DNA of 64,000 bases from Lytechinus pictus. Its lineage: Eukaryota. Each line of letters opens with the position of its first letter. Within the stretch, counting starts at the first letter, position 1. The position numbers and the translations under genes were made by a program. Below the pieces are notes generated by a model. That model saw only the letters and a program-made list of their open reading frames with translations. It was not told the DNA's origin and made no database searches. The DNA is taken from assembly GCF_037042905.1 (NCBI RefSeq), contig NC_087250.1, positions 24,988,001 through 25,052,000 of the forward strand. Reading direction: 5' to 3'. This document shows positions 50,780 to 64,000 of the stretch, piece after piece.

Positions 50780-52620
50780 AATACCATGGTTAAAATTCCG
50801 TTTTACCAAGGTTGAAAACGACGGTTATACACCATGATTTTAACCATGGTTTTAAGATAGTTTGAAAATGATGGTTATATAACCATGGTTTTAACCGTGG
50901 TTTAATGAGAGTGTAAAAACAGTGGTTACAAAACCATGGTTAAATTTCCGTTTCACCAAGGTTGAAAACGACGTTTATACACCAGGATTTTAACCATGGT
51001 TTTAAGATAGTTTGAAAATGATGGTTATATAACCATGTTTTAACCGTGGTTTAATGAAAGTGTAAAAACAGTGGTTACAATACCATGGTTAAATTTCTGT
51101 TTTACCATGGTTGAAAACGACGGTTATACACCATGATTTTAACCATGGTTTTATGATAGTTTGAAAATGATGGTTATATAACCATGGTTTTAACCGTGGT
51201 TTAATGAAAGTGTAAAAACAGTGGTTACAATACCATGGTTAAATTTCCGTTTTACCATGGTTGAAAACGACGGTTATACACCATGATTTTAACCATGGTT
51301 TTATGATAGTTTGAAAATGATGGTTATATAATTATGGTTTTAACCGTGGTTTAATGAAAGTGTAAAAACAGTGGTTACAATACCATGGTTAAATTTCCGT
51401 TTTACCATGGTTGAAAACGACGGTTATACACCATGATTTTAACCATGGTTTTATGATAGTTTGAAAATGATGGTTATATAATTATGGTTTTAACCGTGGT
51501 TTAATGAAAGTGTAAAAACAGTGGTTACAAAATCATGGTTAAATTTCCGTTTTACCAAGGTTGAAAACAACGGTTATACACCATGATTTTAACCATGGTT
51601 TTATGATAGTTTGAAAATGATTGTTATATAACCATGGTTTTAACCGCGGTTTAATGAAAGTGTAAAAACATTGGTTACAAGACCATGGTTAAACATTCGT
51701 CTTAGCAAGGTTGAAAACAACGGTTATAAACCAAGATTTTAACCATGGTTTTAAGATAGTTTGAAAACGATGGTTATATAACCATGGTTTTAACCGTGGT
51801 TTAATGAAAGTGTAAAAACAGTGGTTACAAAACCATGGTTAAATTTCCGTTTTACCAAGGTTGAAAACGACGGTTATACACCATGATTTTAACCATGGTT
51901 TTATGATAGTTTGAAAATGATTGTTATATAGCCATGGTTTTAACCATGGTTTAATGAAAGTGTAAAAACAGTGGTTACAATACCATGGTTAAATTTCCGT
52001 TTTACCATGGTTGAAAACGATGGTTATACACCATGATTTTAACCATTGTTTTATGATAGTTTGAAAATGATTGTTATATAACCATGGTTTTATCCGTGGT
52101 TCAATGAAAGTGTAAAAACAGTGGTTACAATTAATACCATGGTTAAATTTCCGTTTTACCATGGTTGAAAACGATGGTTATACACCATGATTTTAACCAT
52201 GGTTTTATAATAGTTTGAAAATTATGGTTATATATAACCATGGTTTTAACCGTGGTTTAATGAAAGTGTCAAAACAGTGGTTACAAAACCATGGTTAAAC
52301 ATTCGTCTTAGCAAGGTTGAAAACGACGCGGTTATAAACCATGATTTTAACCATGGTTTTAAGATAGTTTGAAAATTATGGTTATATAACCATGGTTTTA
52401 ACCGTGGTTTAATGAAAGTGTAAAAACAGTGGTTACAAAACCATGGTTAAATTTGCGTTTTACCAAGGTTGAAAACGACGGTTATACACCATGATTTTAA
52501 CCATGGTTTTATGATAGTTTGAAAATGATTGTTATATAACCATGGTTTTAACCGTGGTTTAATGAAAGTGTAAAAACATTGGTTACAAAACCATGATTAA
52601 ATTCCCGTTTTACCAAGGTA
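50780..52620. repeat. 150-bp tandem satellite, ~12 copies, CCATGG-rich
   Basis: tgtaaaaaca recurs at 51061, 51211, 51361, 51511, 51661, 51811 and 51961. Confidence 0.95.
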
Positions 52621-52885
52621 TTGTTAGTCTGGGCCTATAAAGCTTGTCACGACTAACTCAGCTGTGGACTAACGAAGGTTTTTCATTACTCGTATTTCGT
52701 AAAAAGACAGGCTTGACTAACACCATTTGTGGTTTCTGACTAAATGAGGCATACGTGCACCTCATAATGTTGTACGGGGGGGGGGCAGTCTGCCCCCCCT
52801 GACGAGTCCCAACCCATGCAAAGTACGTATCCCTGCCCCCCTGACGAGCTTGAAGACCTTTATTGCCCCCTGACAAGCCTGAAGA

Positions 52886-52919
<34 letters not shown>

Positions 52920-52966
52920 TGTCAATTTTTATTTCTGGTACGAAATCCTATATTTGTGATTGAAGA

Positions 52967-53003
<37 letters not shown>

Positions 53004-55102
53004 TGTCAATTTTTTGGCGGACGGTTTTGCCCCCCCCTGTGGAAAATCCTAGGTACGCCACTGGTTGTACGACTAACTTTCGGCCATCCAAAGGCATGAC
53101 TAAAATTATAAAGGCCTGCGACCTGAATTACTAACTATAAGCAGGGCCGTTGTTGTTGATCTTGAAGGTAGTCGGGCCGGGGGTGGCCGCTGGTGTTTTT
53201 TTTTATTTTTAATAGGACTATATTATCTTTTTGTATAATTTCAAAATATGTCTGCCCAGTCACTAAACATTGTCTGTCTATACGTACATATATATCATTT
53301 GTCATTTTGAACCTGTCTACTTTATAATTGTGTTCAACACGAATTTTGCGCATTCCCCGCCTGCCCCCCCCCCCCCCCACCCCTCCCGCTCATTTTCGCG
53401 CCTTTTTTTTAATGCGCGTCGATGTACTAGTACCACCGAGTACCACATGTGTAACGCACAACCCGCACATGTATGCTATACACACCATAGACAAATGCAC
53501 ACACACACGTACGCCGTGCAGATACAATCAGCTTAATGCTTCGAAGGCCAAGGGCTAGCTAAGCTTCAAGTTCATGAAATTCAGGCAATTAACTGCATTC
53601 AACTAATTTTTTAACTGAAACTATAGGAGAACAGACAAATTATGGAACTGTCAGGAGATAGTTAACGGTAAGTAAGCTTATCTAATCAGTAATCTGTTGG
53701 GCATTCTCGTGAATTAGTCCACTCCTGGCACCTCCTTGGCCTTGCATGACTCGGAAATTGAACACTCGGCGGATTGTGCGCGTACCGTACCAAGCCCTAG
53801 TAGTACCGTACTGTACTGCACTCTGCAGCAGGCAGTGTTACTGTCAGTGCAGTGGATTATTTCAAGAGTTTGCCTAGGCTTAGTCTGTAATGTTGCTGCA
53901 TTTATTTTGATTAGGAGTGTTGCATGGGTCTAGAAATGTATTCTGACTTCAACTTGAAGTTGAAGCCAGGCATTGGGGCTGGCTACATGTAGGGCCTAAA
54001 AGTTATTTATGGCTAGGCATATATATTATAGGCTTGAGCTTGCCTTGGACTTTGCCTTTGGACAAGATTTATTATTATGGTGGAACACGTCGTACTCGTA
54101 GCCTAGTCCCGGCCCTAGCCTAGGCCTAACTTAGGCTAGCGCTTGGCCTACCTGAAAAAAAAACTTGTTGGCTGCCATCGAGTATGAAGAAAAATTTTGT
54201 ACTAGATCTCCTACTGGCTTAATTAACGTTAGACTATCGACTAGGGTCTAGATCTAGATCTATACTTTAACTTTTTAAAGTTTACGTTAACGGTTAGAGT
54301 ACGGTGTCGGTGGTCCTAATTAATGTTATACTTTTGAACGGCAACAGCATTCAGTCCACTGATCTGTATTCTTTTTTTTTTGATGGGTCTAGTCTCTAGG
54401 CCTAGGCTACAGACTCTGCTACTGCGGGTTAATTAGTCCTCATTTAATTAGCCTAGTAATACTTGATCAATGGATCAGCTAGCTGCAAAGTAGTATGTTT
54501 TAATAAATCCTTTATTTTTAAGCGGGAGTACAATTCATATGTCTGTATATGTTTTTCCATGTGAAAATCTGTTTTTTTTTGGGTAAGTTCAGAGTGTGGT
54601 TGTGGGAACGTGGCTGGCTCCTTGTTTCGACGATTTCTACAGCATGCATACACATTACGATAGTAGATCTACACAGTTGTACACAACTGAAAGATATGCG
54701 CATTTCCCTAGCCATAGCGGCGATGATTGTTACCAAAAGAAAAGTAATGCCAATAGTTCTAGTGTTTACTTTCGAGTCTCCTTGGTATTTTCATATATAG
54801 GCCCTACAACTATTCATGAAAAATCCGAGGCCAAACCACGTAATGTGGAATTTCGTCACAAATGGGTTAAGTTATTAATTTAGGAAGTGTTGTTCCATAT
54901 GTGTCACTAATAGTGGAATTGTCTGAAATTTGTATGAATTTTAAGTATGGTTGGTTATTATGAAATGAATGAAATTTCATGTGATGAAAAATGGAAATAC
55001 CATCGCTGGACCGTTGTGTCGTAATAGTACTGTATTTTAATTTCAAATCAAAATTTTTAATAGACTACAATACAATTTTCTTTCCTGGTAGCGGGAAGTT
55101 AA

Positions 55103-55696
55103 AGGGATGGTCCAGGCTGAAAATATTTATATCTAAAAGTATATAAATGGAGTAAAATTCACAGAGTAAAATGCTGAAAATTTCATCAAACTTGGATATC
55201 AAATAACAAAGTTATTGATTTTCAAAGTTTATCAATATTTTTTGGAATATGCACATCATCATGAATATTCAATAGGTGGGCTGATGATGTCACATCTCAA
55301 TTTTTTCTTATGTCATTACATGACATCGTAAATGTTTCATTTTTTCATACATGTGTAAATGATGTGTCTCCATTATGATGAAATAAGTTGAGGCAATAAA
55401 TAACTAGTCCACTTAATCAGTTGTCAATCCAATTGTTTTAGTTCTTGGTAGCAATTTTTTTTATTAAACCAAATTTCACATAATAAAACACAAAAGAACA
55501 AGTGGGGATATGACATCACCAGCCAACCTAATGAATATTCATAAAGACATGCCTAGAACTGTTTCACCGGAATAATATCATTTGAAATTCAAAAACTTTA
55601 TTTGTTATTCGATTTTGATTAAATTTTTAGCATTTTGCTCTGTAAATTTTCTTCTATTTATTGAGATATAAATATTTCCAGCCTGGACCATCCCTT
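55103..55696. mobile_element. Kolobok/piggyBac-type MITE (TTAA site)
   Basis: ttaa-agggatggtccaggctg ... cagcctggaccatccct-tcaa. Confidence 0.8.
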
Positions 55697-55949
55697 CAAT
55701 TTTACTAATATTCGAAGACAGGAAACTAATACTAGAAAAAAAGATAAATGAATGGAATATGTATCACCAAACCCAGACAAACATTGGAATATGTCTTGTT
55801 TGCCTCTTGCATCGAGGCAAAAACTGAATATTTGTGTCCATGTACATGCAATATCTTTTGATTACACACATTTATCCTGAAAGCTCTTTGCATACATTAT
55901 TTATTCAAAATTCAGGTTTAGTAAGAAAATCAATTACTTTTCATTCCAG

Positions 55950-57220
55950 GTACAAATTTTTATTGATATATGGCCAAAATCAAAGAAGGGTGTTGGTAAC
56001 CAACAAGTCAGAGGAGACCTCAAAACAGGAGCTGCTTAGGGTGGTGTGCACAACATTTGGAGTGAAAGAAGAAGATATTTTTCCTGTAGACATGGCAAGA
56101 CAAATTCTACGATTTTGCAGACATGGAAGAGGACGAACTTGTGACAGGGCCATTGAGAGTAAAAATTACAAACTACCTGTGGTCCTCGGTGCACAGCAAC
56201 TGGTGAATGGTGGAGAGTAAGTATCTGGTACCAAACAGAAACCCCAATTAACTCTCAATGTGCCATAGTCTTGCCAAAGTGCATGCCATTTAATTTCTTT
56301 GGCAATTGATTCATCCTTCTAGATAAATAAATTACTTGATTAATGGCCAAACTTAAAGGCATTTCTCTTTTTCACATGACATAGTTATATATGAGACTCA
56401 ACCAGATCGAAGGATTATTAAAGAGGATTAGAACTTGGCCAGTAAAAACGCTTTAAACGTGTATGGGGCACCTTAAGAGTTGATGAATTAAGTAAATGCA
56501 TAAAATATGAGAATATTTCTTGCATTATAACTTACTAATGTTTGAGTATCACTATTGATGCAGGAATCTTACAGTGGCTACATTGTTGTGACATTTTGTA
56601 ATGCATTTCTCTGTTAGATTTTACCTAAAGTTAATTTTTTAGTCTAATTCGCATGTATATGGTTCTGCTATGGTCTTTCACCAAATGTTAACTGGTACAG
56701 TGTGTTTGTGACAGATAGTCGCAAAGTGTGACCAAGTGGAGCTTTTCTGTTCTTGTCTTTGGCAACAAGACTGGCGTGTCGTTGCATAAAACTTGCTATT
56801 ATAGTAAAATTTGCTGTAAATATCTATTAAGGACTCGGATGAAAAGTGATTTGACAGAAACTAAATGAATGAGGATTCTAAATCTATTTGTTTTTTCTTT
56901 TTTAAGTATAATTTTTTATTCTTTGTTTTTTCTTTTTTTAAGTATAATTTTTTATTCTTTCCAAATCTGACACTGTTGCAAGGCACATAGAGTGGATGAG
57001 CACTGAAAAAAAGGCAGCCAGACTTCAAGAGAGTTGAGTTCTGCATGCAGAAGACACTGGCAGACAGAAGGGCATGGATCATAAATTATGTCCCTCGGCC
57101 AAGGATCACTGATGACCGACTGAAGTATCCTTGGCTCTTTGATGAGGATCAGGTAATCTATGCAGAGTTTTCTCACCAGATTTTGAAATATACTGAATAT
57201 CCCGAGATTGATTGAATGCT
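55950..57220 (+). pseudogene. Degenerate exons of an EnSpm accessory (SAMD3-like) ORF
   Basis: 55950-56216 reads YKFLLIYGQNQRRVL...TFGV...L*TWQDKFYDFADM. ~56980-57200 reads RHIEWM../QPDFKRVEFCMQKTLADRRAWIINYVPRPRITDDRLKYPWLFDEDQVIYAEF. Frameshifts and stops are present. The family call is from motif recall only. Confidence 0.55.
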
Positions 57221-57823
57221 GACGGACGTTGATAGAGTTGCTTATACTCAATGTTTCCCTATTACAGTGATTTACAGAATGTATTGGAAACTTCTAACTC
57301 CACATGGATTATCCAAACTTGCTCATAAACTTAATTTATTCAAGACTGCGTAAGGTGTGAACTTCATATGTGGTCCTTGTATGTAAAATTCAGGTTATTT
57401 TCTTGTCAAAGCAATATCACCTAAACAGCTTGAGGTATGGATGTAAAAACTTGGTGTTTAACATGTACCATCATTAGGAAGACGATTTGAATGGATTTTG
57501 GAATATGTAGGTCAAAGGTCAATTTGTGAAATTTATTTGTTTAAACACATTGTCACCTTAACAATTTGAAATATAAATGTGAAACTTGGTGCTAACATGT
57601 ACCACTATAGGAGATGATCTGGATATATTTTGGAATATGTAGCTCGAAAGTAAATTTGTGAAATTCAGGTAATATCTTTGTTAATGCAATGTCACCTTAA
57701 CAGTATGAAATATGGATGTAAAACCTGCTAGCATGTATCACTGGGAAGAGGATGCATTGAGTAGTGTATGTTTCATTGACTGTTTTTGAAAATTTGACTC
57801 AATGTCTCTAATCTTCAAATTAA

Positions 57824-58377
57824 AGGTCTAGTCCACCCCAGGAAAATGCTGATTTGAATAAATAGAGAAAAATCAAACTAGCATGAAATTTTAAAGTTTC
57901 GCTTATTTTCAACAAAACAGTGATATGCACAACTAGGTGAGCCAATGATGTCACTCACTATTTCTTTTGTTTTTTATTGTTTGAATTATACAATATTTCA
58001 ATTTTTACGAATTTGATGATTAGGACCTCCTTGCCTGAAGCACAAAATGTTAAAATAATTGAATTCCACGTGTTCAGGGACGAATGAAACTTCATTTCAC
58101 ATGACAATCACGAGAAAATCAAAATATTTCATACTTCATATAATAAAATACAAAAGAAATAGTGGGTGAGTGATGTCATCAGTTCCCTCATTTGCATACC
58201 GACTGAGGTGTGCATATAAGCATTTTGTGAAATGAAGCAAAACTTTAAAATGTCATAACTTTCTTATTTTACATCCGATTTTGATGAAATTTTCAGTGTT
58301 ATGCTTGTTGAATTTTTCTCTTTTTATTCAAATCAAGGTTTTTTTTTGTTTTTTTTTTGGGGGGGTGGACTTGTCCT
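57824..58377. mobile_element. Kolobok-type MITE (TTAA site)
   Basis: ttaa-aggtctagtccacccc ... ggggtggacttgtcct-ttaa. Internal inverted tgatgtca motifs are shared with 55103-55696 and ~35150-35520. Confidence 0.8.
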
Positions 58378-58626
58378 TTAATCTTGCCATATCTGTGCTA
58401 CCTCTGTGTGTGAAAAGTACATTAATTTATTTAGTTTATTCAGGGATTTTTTTTTTGTATATAAATATAGTCTTTCTACCTTGTCTTCTCAGTCAAACCA
58501 AATCTTATAAGATCAACAGCAAAAAAAAAACAGTTTTCAGGAGTATATGACATCATTCTGCATTCCATACTTAATTAAGCTTGACATATCTGTGCTAACT
58601 CTTAATTTATTTAGAATATTTATGAT

Positions 58627-59923
58627 TTTTTATGCCTCCGCCAACGAAGTGGCCGGAGGCATTATGTTTTCGGGTCGTCCGTACGTCCGTCCCGTTTTGT
58701 TTTGTCGAAATCTCAAGAACCGTGGAGTGGTTTTGCATCAAACTTGGTATGAGGGTATATCCTGGGGGGATAATACTTTGTTTTGATTTTATGGTCACGG
58801 GTGAAAGGTCACAGAGGTCGTTATATACCTTAAAATGTCCTGTTCTTGTGATAACTTAACCATTGGAGCTAATAACTTCAAACTTGGTACATTCTTTATA
58901 TACATACTAGAGGGAGAATGATCTGATTGGATTTTGGGGTCACATGGTCAAAGGTCACAGAGGTCAGTATGCCTTAATATATCTTGTTCTTGTGTAACTA
59001 AAGGAATGTTAGAGGAAGTAACTCCAAACTTGGTACATATATGCTTGATATAGGGGGGGGTTGCAGGGCCAAGTTCAAAGGTCATAAAGGTCATATACTT
59101 ACAACTTTTTTATCCATTTAGTAATTTTCTTGTGTTTTATGAATACTAAAAATTATTTTCATATGTCAAGTTTGATTGTAGGTCAGTGTATGCATGAAAT
59201 TGTTCTTGTGATAAACCAAAGACTTCGATAGATCAATTTCAAATATGGACAATGCAACCATTATGACATTGACTTGAGAAGTTCAAAGGTCTAAGAGTTC
59301 ATGTCTCTTGTCACAATTGCTTGTAGATTCAATATTAATGGTTCTTGGATGCATATATGAGAGTGATCAATATGATAATAGAAAATATCAATCAAGGTTT
59401 TCCGTTGGGTAGATTTAATTTTATTGAATAATTTTTGCCTTATCCAAATATAAGTGAACACCAAATGTTCAGGCCAGCTATGGTAGGAATCGAACTCACG
59501 ATCTCCTGGTTACTAGACAGGCGTCATACAACTAGACCACCAGGAATTAAGCCCGATGGCTATTGGCTGCTATTATGTGATATATCAACACAGTACTGTA
59601 CCTGCTGCTATTATCTGAATCAAACCAGCTATCAGCCATCGGGCTTCTCGGTGGTCAAGTGGTATGACGCCTGTCTGATAACCAGAAGGTCGTGGGTTCG
59701 ATTCCTACCCGAGCCGGCCTGTAAAATTTTTTCTTAGCAGCTCAAACATGCACTGAACATTCAGTGTTTATTTATGTTGGGATAAGGCATAAATTATTTA
59801 ATATAAAAAGAATAGAACAAATTTGAAGATTTATGGGAAATTACCTGTGCAACATATTTCTGATCTAGTGGCAATGGCGGAGGCATAAATTTCGACTGTG
59901 TGCAGTCGAGAATCCATCTAGTT
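58627..59923 (+). mobile_element. Helentron-associated non-autonomous element (HINE/DINE-like)
   Basis: 5' ttttatgcctccgcc sub-TIR followed by a (gtcc)n microsatellite. 3' ggcggaggcataaa, hairpin tcgactg..cagtcga, then ctagtt. Internal ggtcaaaggtca repeats. Confidence 0.75.
59418..59808. mobile_element. Palindromic element with two divergently oriented tRNA-Thr-like heads
   Basis: The left arm (minus strand) ggtggtctagttgtatgacgcctgtctAGTaaccaggagatcgtgagttcgattcc mirrors the right arm at 59650-59720. Outer AT-rich inverted ends. Confidence 0.75.
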
Positions 59924-60739
59924 ATTTTCTTTTGTTTTTTGTATAAAGTCTTTCTAACATGTCTTCTTGGCCAAATCAGTTATATGAAATCAGCAGTAAT
60001 AAAACAGTTTTCAGGAGTACATGTATACATTCCTTACTTAGTTTAGCTTGCCATATCTGTGCTAACTGTTTGTGTGAAAAGTACAAAATTTATAAAGAAT
60101 GTATTAAAATTTATGTGGGTTCTTTTATAGATATGTATTCAAACCTGCCATGTATAAAGACTTGCCTCTTTTGTCAGCTAACTTGGGTAATGTTTCCAGA
60201 GCTGTACATGTAGTACTGTATTAGATGTGTTTGACTTTATTTTTATTAAAAGTTTTCATTGCGTTGTTCTTAACACTGATTTGCATTTTGTCCCTTTTAA
60301 GGTCATTGTGTGATCACTCACTGATTGATACAATAAGTGGCGATGTGTAGTGTGGAATATGACCTCTGTCATATTATCTGTCTGACTGACCTACAATTTA
60401 AATGTAATTTCTTATTATACCATCACCAATGTGGCTCTTTGATGATGTAGCCGAATGTGTACATTGTAACTGTATTTTAATTGACTCTTTTCTTTCGCTG
60501 ATACACTAGAAACTCAATATACAGAGATTCCCAATATAACAGTCAAATTTGCTGGTCCAAGGTCCTTTTGTTATCGCTGTTTCTGTTTTTAAATCATTGT
60601 TTCACCTTTTCTTAACCATAGTAAAGACACTTTGAAACGATGGATTTACCACAATAAAAACAAGGTTGTAACCACGGTTAAACCATGGTAGCCTTGGTTT
60701 ATCTACAATGAAACCATCGATTAACTGTGGCACATAATG

Positions 60740-61880
60740 GTTAAACCGTGGTATACAATGGTTAAACCATGGTTAGACAGTACTTTGACATGGTTTTACC
60801 ATCATCATACAATATTGCACTAATGGTTAAAAGGTGGTTTTACCATATGATTGATCATGGTTTTACCGTGATTTGGGTTGTAATTATGTGGTTTGGCTGC
60901 TGTAAAACAATGGTTTCACCGTTTTCTAACCATGGTTTCACCTTCGCTTTACCATGGTTTTACCTACCCTTTACCATGGTTTTATACTTTCGTAACCATA
61001 GTTTCACCTTTTCTTAACCGTGGTTATAGTACGGTAAAAACACAGTTGTGACCATGGTTATGCCATGGTAATGTCATGGTAAGTGCGTTCCAATTTAACA
61101 CCTTTTAACCATGGTTACCATGGTTTACCCATGCTAAACCTATAGTTTAACCGTGGTACACCATAGTTAAACCATGGCTAGACAGTACTTTGACATGGTT
61201 CAACCATCATCATACAATATTGCACTATGGTTAAAAGGTGGGTTTACCATACAATTGATTATGGTTTTACCGTGATTTGGGTTGTAATTATGTGGTTTGG
61301 CAGCTGTAAAACAATGGTTTCACCTTTTTCTAACCATGGTTTCACCTTCTCTTTACCATGGTTTTATACTTTCTTAACCATGGTTAAACTATGGTAAAAA
61401 CATAATTGTGACCATGGTTATGCCATAGTAATGTCATGGTAAGTGCGTTCCAATTTAACACCTTTTAACCATGGTTACCATGGTTTACCCATGCTAAACC
61501 TATAGTTTAACCGTGGTAAACCATGGTTAAACCATGGCTAGACAGTACTTTGACATGGTTTAACCATCATCATACAATATTGCACTATGGTCAAAAGGTG
61601 GGTCTACCATACAATTTATTATGGTTTTACCGTGATTCGGGTTGTAATTATGTGGTTTGGCAGCTGTAAAACAATGGTTTCACCTTTTTCTAACCATGGT
61701 TTCACCTTCTCTTTACCATGGTTTTATACTTTCTTAACCATTGTTAAAATATGGTAAAGACACAGTTGTGACCATGGTTATGCCATAGTAATGTCATGGT
61801 AAGTGCGTTCCAATTTAACACCATTTAACCATGGTTACCATGGTTTACACATGCTAAAGCTATAGTTTAACTATGGTTAA
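60740..61880. repeat. 360-bp tandem repeat, ~3 copies, CCATGG-rich
   Basis: aagtgcgttccaatt recurs at 61081, 61441 and 61801. Confidence 0.9.
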
Positions 61881-64000
61881 ACACTAGTGCACCATGATTT
61901 CACCATAATTAAACCATATCTTACTATGGTTAAACTATGAAATTACTGTACGATGGATCCAATGCAAAACCATGGTTTTACCTTAACATCAAACCATGGT
62001 TTTTTTTTACAAGGGAGGCAGGGACTAGAATAAAGTTAATTTAAATCTTCGTAGAAAAAGTCAAACCAGACAGATCTAGAATTTCATTTTTAGAAATCAA
62101 GATCTAAGTTAGACCTATCCTAGGGCCTTACTTTTTAGTAAAAAAAGACTAATGTTAAAATCTGTCTCAAACCATTCCACAAGTGGGCAGTGGCAAATCT
62201 ACCGATATCAATATCATTCCAAATAGATTTAGGCCTAGTTCATTTAAATAATTGATTTAAAATTAATTTATTTTTAAATGCAGAGAATTATATTGATTCA
62301 TATAAAGATGGAATAGCGGTGTCAACAAATCAGTAGGCTCAGGCCCAACTTTCACTCAAGCTTGTCAGTGACATTAATTCCCAACACCTAATGACCTAGC
62401 CTACATCGCCATCGGCAATTTCGCAGCCGGCTGGCACCGGCGGTATCAATGCCCATTTCCCGCTCTGACTATATTATTTGGCTTAGATTTAATGCAGCTT
62501 TGCCGTTACTGAACAAGTCCACATCTACCCCTGATATATGACAGTATACTGAAATACAGATTTAATAAGGACGGACATGAAGCATTCTAATTAACCAACT
62601 TAGTTCTACGAAAAACTATTATTTTCTGAGAAAATATGTCAGTCAGATCCGGAGTCAGATCTCAGACTCAGTAGGCCTAATGGAAATAAATATGGAAATT
62701 GTGGTTTCCGTAGTAAACTACACAAAGTACATAAGACCCTGACTGCGACGCCGAACCCCAGCGGCAAACACATTACAATTACAACCGAGATCAAAGCACG
62801 TAATTGAACTTAACTTACTTTTATTTGTATGGAATGCCATTACTTTGATGTAGATGTTGCCTCATAATTTTCTGCTCAACTGAATTTCACTCAGAAATCA
62901 TGGTTCCGGATACTAATTCTATAAACAGATAATTAGTCTTGCTATCGTATTTCAAATGTTGAATTTCGCAGAGTAAAAAAGAACGACACTTCGCACAGAT
63001 ATCGTAGGGAATTGTGGGAAGGAAAAAAAATGTTTAATGCATGAGGACATGAATAAAACATTAGCGTTTTATCCAATCATACAGGTGCATTATGCGTATT
63101 TTGACGTCATTACTCATGAATTAAACATTGACCTTCCAAAATCAACCTTCAAATTGGCCAAATGGCAGCCATGTTTGTTATGTACAAAACCTATGGAAAA
63201 TCAAAAACGCGCGAAAAGAGTTCCCTCTCTAGCTCCCTTCGGGAGCTTACGTATACGTAAGATCGTATCTCTGTGGGTTAAATTTTGGAGGGCGCCGCCC
63301 CCAAATCAAACTTAGCTCGCTCACACGCAATCCTGGTGACGTCATGGTGACGGGTCGCGTGTGCAAAAGTTTGAATTTCCCCATTGACTTTATACACATA
63401 CAAACTCTGCAGTTCATGTGGAATACAAGGACAAAGTACGATATTTTCCCATTCAAAGAACAAGTAGAGGTAAGCCATTCGAAAATATAGAATACTAAAT
63501 AATTACTGACAAACAATTACCGATCCTTTTAATGCCAAATTTACCATAGCTACCTGAAATAACTCAATTTAGGGTGAAATTATCAGTCAAGAGGGATGCA
63601 TTATTGGGGCTTCGTAGGATCAACGGACGCGCTCGACGCACTCGCAATGGTATGTAGGGATTTTGATAGAGCAAATACCGAATGTACCGTTGTCCCTATT
63701 TTGAGCACCGGAACCCACCACACCAGCACCACGAGTATCGCGGATGATTCTTCCCGAAACTTCCCGGGAGGCATTCTTCATTGTGCTGTCGGGGGGCGGG
63801 CGCGGATCTCGAAACTGATCTGATTGAACACTCACACTCACAGACACAGTCACAGCATTACGAATATTACGAATTCAACGAATCCCATCCTTTGGGCCTA
63901 AGACCATCACCGCTAATCATTTTATAAACAGAGCGCTGGCAGCTGACGCCCATCAAGGCTCAAGCCGGTCGTAAAACACGCTCTCACTGATGGACAGCGG

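Larger units (their letters stand above)
50314..62015 (+). mobile_element. 11.7-kb EnSpm/CACTA(CMC)-like non-autonomous DNA transposon
   Basis: TIR cccttataaaaaaaaaaccatgg / ccatggtttttttttacaaggg; 2-bp TSD AG; CCATGG-rich subterminal arrays at both ends; degenerate internal coding exons. Confidence 0.75.

Noticed and set aside
50780..52620. Regularly spaced palindromic repeats resembling a CRISPR array
   Set aside because: Whole 150-bp units repeat with no unique spacers; eukaryotic context and no cas genes.

Overview
AT-rich, intron- and repeat-rich animal genomic DNA. The repeat families and gene style suggest a sea urchin or other echinoderm (inference). The main gene is on the minus strand, with 17 coding exons at about 6853-34828 and a probable 5' exon near 42.9 kb. 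I traced it splice site by splice site with consistent phases. It encodes an ~2,860-aa protein: ~56 ankyrin repeats (54 in one 5.4-kb exon), then ZU5, UPA-like, four death-fold domains with an acidic linker, and a second ZU5/UPA-like module. This looks like a PIDD/UNC5-style innate-immune or cell-death sensor with a hypervariable, concertedly evolving ankyrin array. This copy carries an in-frame TGA (GGA>TGA, 32279-32281) at a duplication junction and one non-AG splice acceptor. One of its introns holds a complete 72-nt tRNA cloverleaf with a UCA (opal-reading) anticodon and a Pol III terminator. The rest is mobile DNA: Penelope-like remnants with hammerhead ribozymes (one in a perfect 197-bp palindrome), a Tx1/L1 LINE inserted in (TA)n, L2/Crack LINE fragments, tRNA-SINEs, a MULE/Merlin-like TIR element, a 5.7-kb foldback element, an 11.7-kb EnSpm/CACTA-like element with CCATGG satellites, a Helentron-like element with a nested twin-tRNA palindrome, and many MITEs.
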